Assembly (NCBI GenBank): GCA_963709345.1
Contig: CAVPVX010000002.1
Location: forward strand, 32,001-96,000
DNA: 64,000 nt
Origin: an uncultured Actinomycetes bacterium
GTDB taxonomy: Bacteria; Actinomycetota; Thermoleophilia; UBA2241
Direction of reading: 5' to 3'
Shown: positions 63,338 to 64,000 of the stretch, piece after piece
Layout of the letters: each line of letters starts with the position of its first letter
Position numbering within the stretch: position 1 is the stretch's first letter
The notes under the pieces: model-generated
What the model saw: the letters and a program-made list of their open reading frames with translations, nothing else
Databases searched by the model: none
What the model was told of the DNA's origin: nothing
Translations under genes and position numbers: made by a program

Positions 63338-64000
63338 CTACCTTCCCGGCGCATCCCCGCGGCGGAAACGGGCGATGAAGAACGCGCTCGACCCCCCGTC
63401 TGGCGGAAGGACGAGGAGGTACCCGCCGGCGGCCGGGTGCGCCAGGTGCGGCCAGACGGCGCCGAGATCGTCCGCCGCCCAACCCTCCAGCCGAAGGAGC
63501 GTCGCGGCGACGTCCAGGGTCTCGGCGCGGGTCACCGTGCACACGGCGTACGTAAGCGCGCCGCCGGGCTTGACGGTGGCGGCGGCGCGTTGCAGCAGGT
63601 GCTTCTGCAGCTCCCCGAGCCTGGGCACGTCGGCGGCGCGGCGGCGCCAGCGCACGTCGGCTCGCGACGCGAGTGTGCCGAGCCCGCTGCAGGGAGCGTC
63701 GAGCAGAACGGCGTCGTACGCCTCGTCGTAGCTTGCGGGAAGGTGCAGGACGTCGCCCGGCACGACGTCGACGCCTGTCGCGCCCAGGCGGTCGAGATTG
63801 CGGCGAAGCTCCCCCGCGCGCTCCTCGTCGAGCTCGACAGCGGTGAGACGGCGGGCGCCGGGCAGCAGCGCCGCCAACTGGCTCGTCTTGGCGCCCGGAG
63901 CGGCGCACAGATCGAGGACGGCGGCCGCCGGTTCCGAGACGCCTGCGGCGGCCACCAGCCCGGCGATCTGCGAGCCGCGCGACTGCGGCGTCACCAGGCC
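63338..64000 (-). CDS. rsmB: RsmB/Sun 16S rRNA m5C967 methyltransferase (C-terminal part)
   Basis: [23 protein letters not shown]; upstream of rpe; truncated by the window. Confidence 0.88.
   Translation of the reverse strand, partial: GLVTPQSRGSQIAGLVAAAGVSEPAAAVLDLCAAPGAKTSQLAALLPGARRLTAVELDEERAGELRRNLDRLGATGVDVVPGDVLHLPASYDEAYDAVLLDAPCSGLGTLASRADVRWRRRAADVPRLGELQKHLLQRAAATVKPGGALTYAVCTVTRAETLDVAATLLRLEGWAADDLGAVWPHLAHPAAGGYLLVLPPDGGSSAFFIARFRRGDAPGR

Overview
This is a GC-rich (roughly 70%) core-chromosome segment, almost entirely on the minus strand. It most likely comes from a deep-branching Actinomycetota such as Thermoleophilia: actinobacterial-type mIHF occurs together with Firmicutes-like rny, pyrK, Asp23-fakA-DegV and pnp-M16 peptidase. 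Minus-strand order from the right: rsmB(partial)-rpe, FMN riboswitch-ribD-ribE-ribBA-ribH, [rpmB on +], DUF1858-Asp23-fakA-DegV-recG, DHH/CBS tRNA nucleotidyltransferase-M50 protease-pgeF-yggS-sepF-proC-divIVA-DUF167-small Zn protein-lspA-rluD, PyrR leader-pyrRBC-carAB-pyrKD, mIHF-gmk-rpoZ-coaBC-HD-TPR, [htpX-lemA on +, L,D-transpeptidase, 4xCxxC protein on +], rimP-nusA-ylxR-infB-DUF503-rbfA-nrnA-truB-ribF, rpsO-pnp-M16-dapB-dapA-GGDEF-rnj-ftsK-rodZ-yajQ-rimO-pgsA-cinA-thpR-recA-recX, 6S-like RNA, rny-miaB. I saw no mobile element, tRNA, rRNA or CRISPR array. The main surprises are: four conserved genes whose N-termini are reachable only from near-cognate start codons (CTG, ACG, ATC, ACG); a 6S-like RNA with its own terminator before rny; an unexplained structured region with a 21-codon sORF between rpmB and ribH; a NusA with a C-terminal CCCH motif; an unlisted 54-aa Zn-ribbon gene; and a diguanylate cyclase spliced into dapA-rnj. 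Two +1 frameshifts and one apparent stop loss suggest some assembly error, which tempers all single-base claims.
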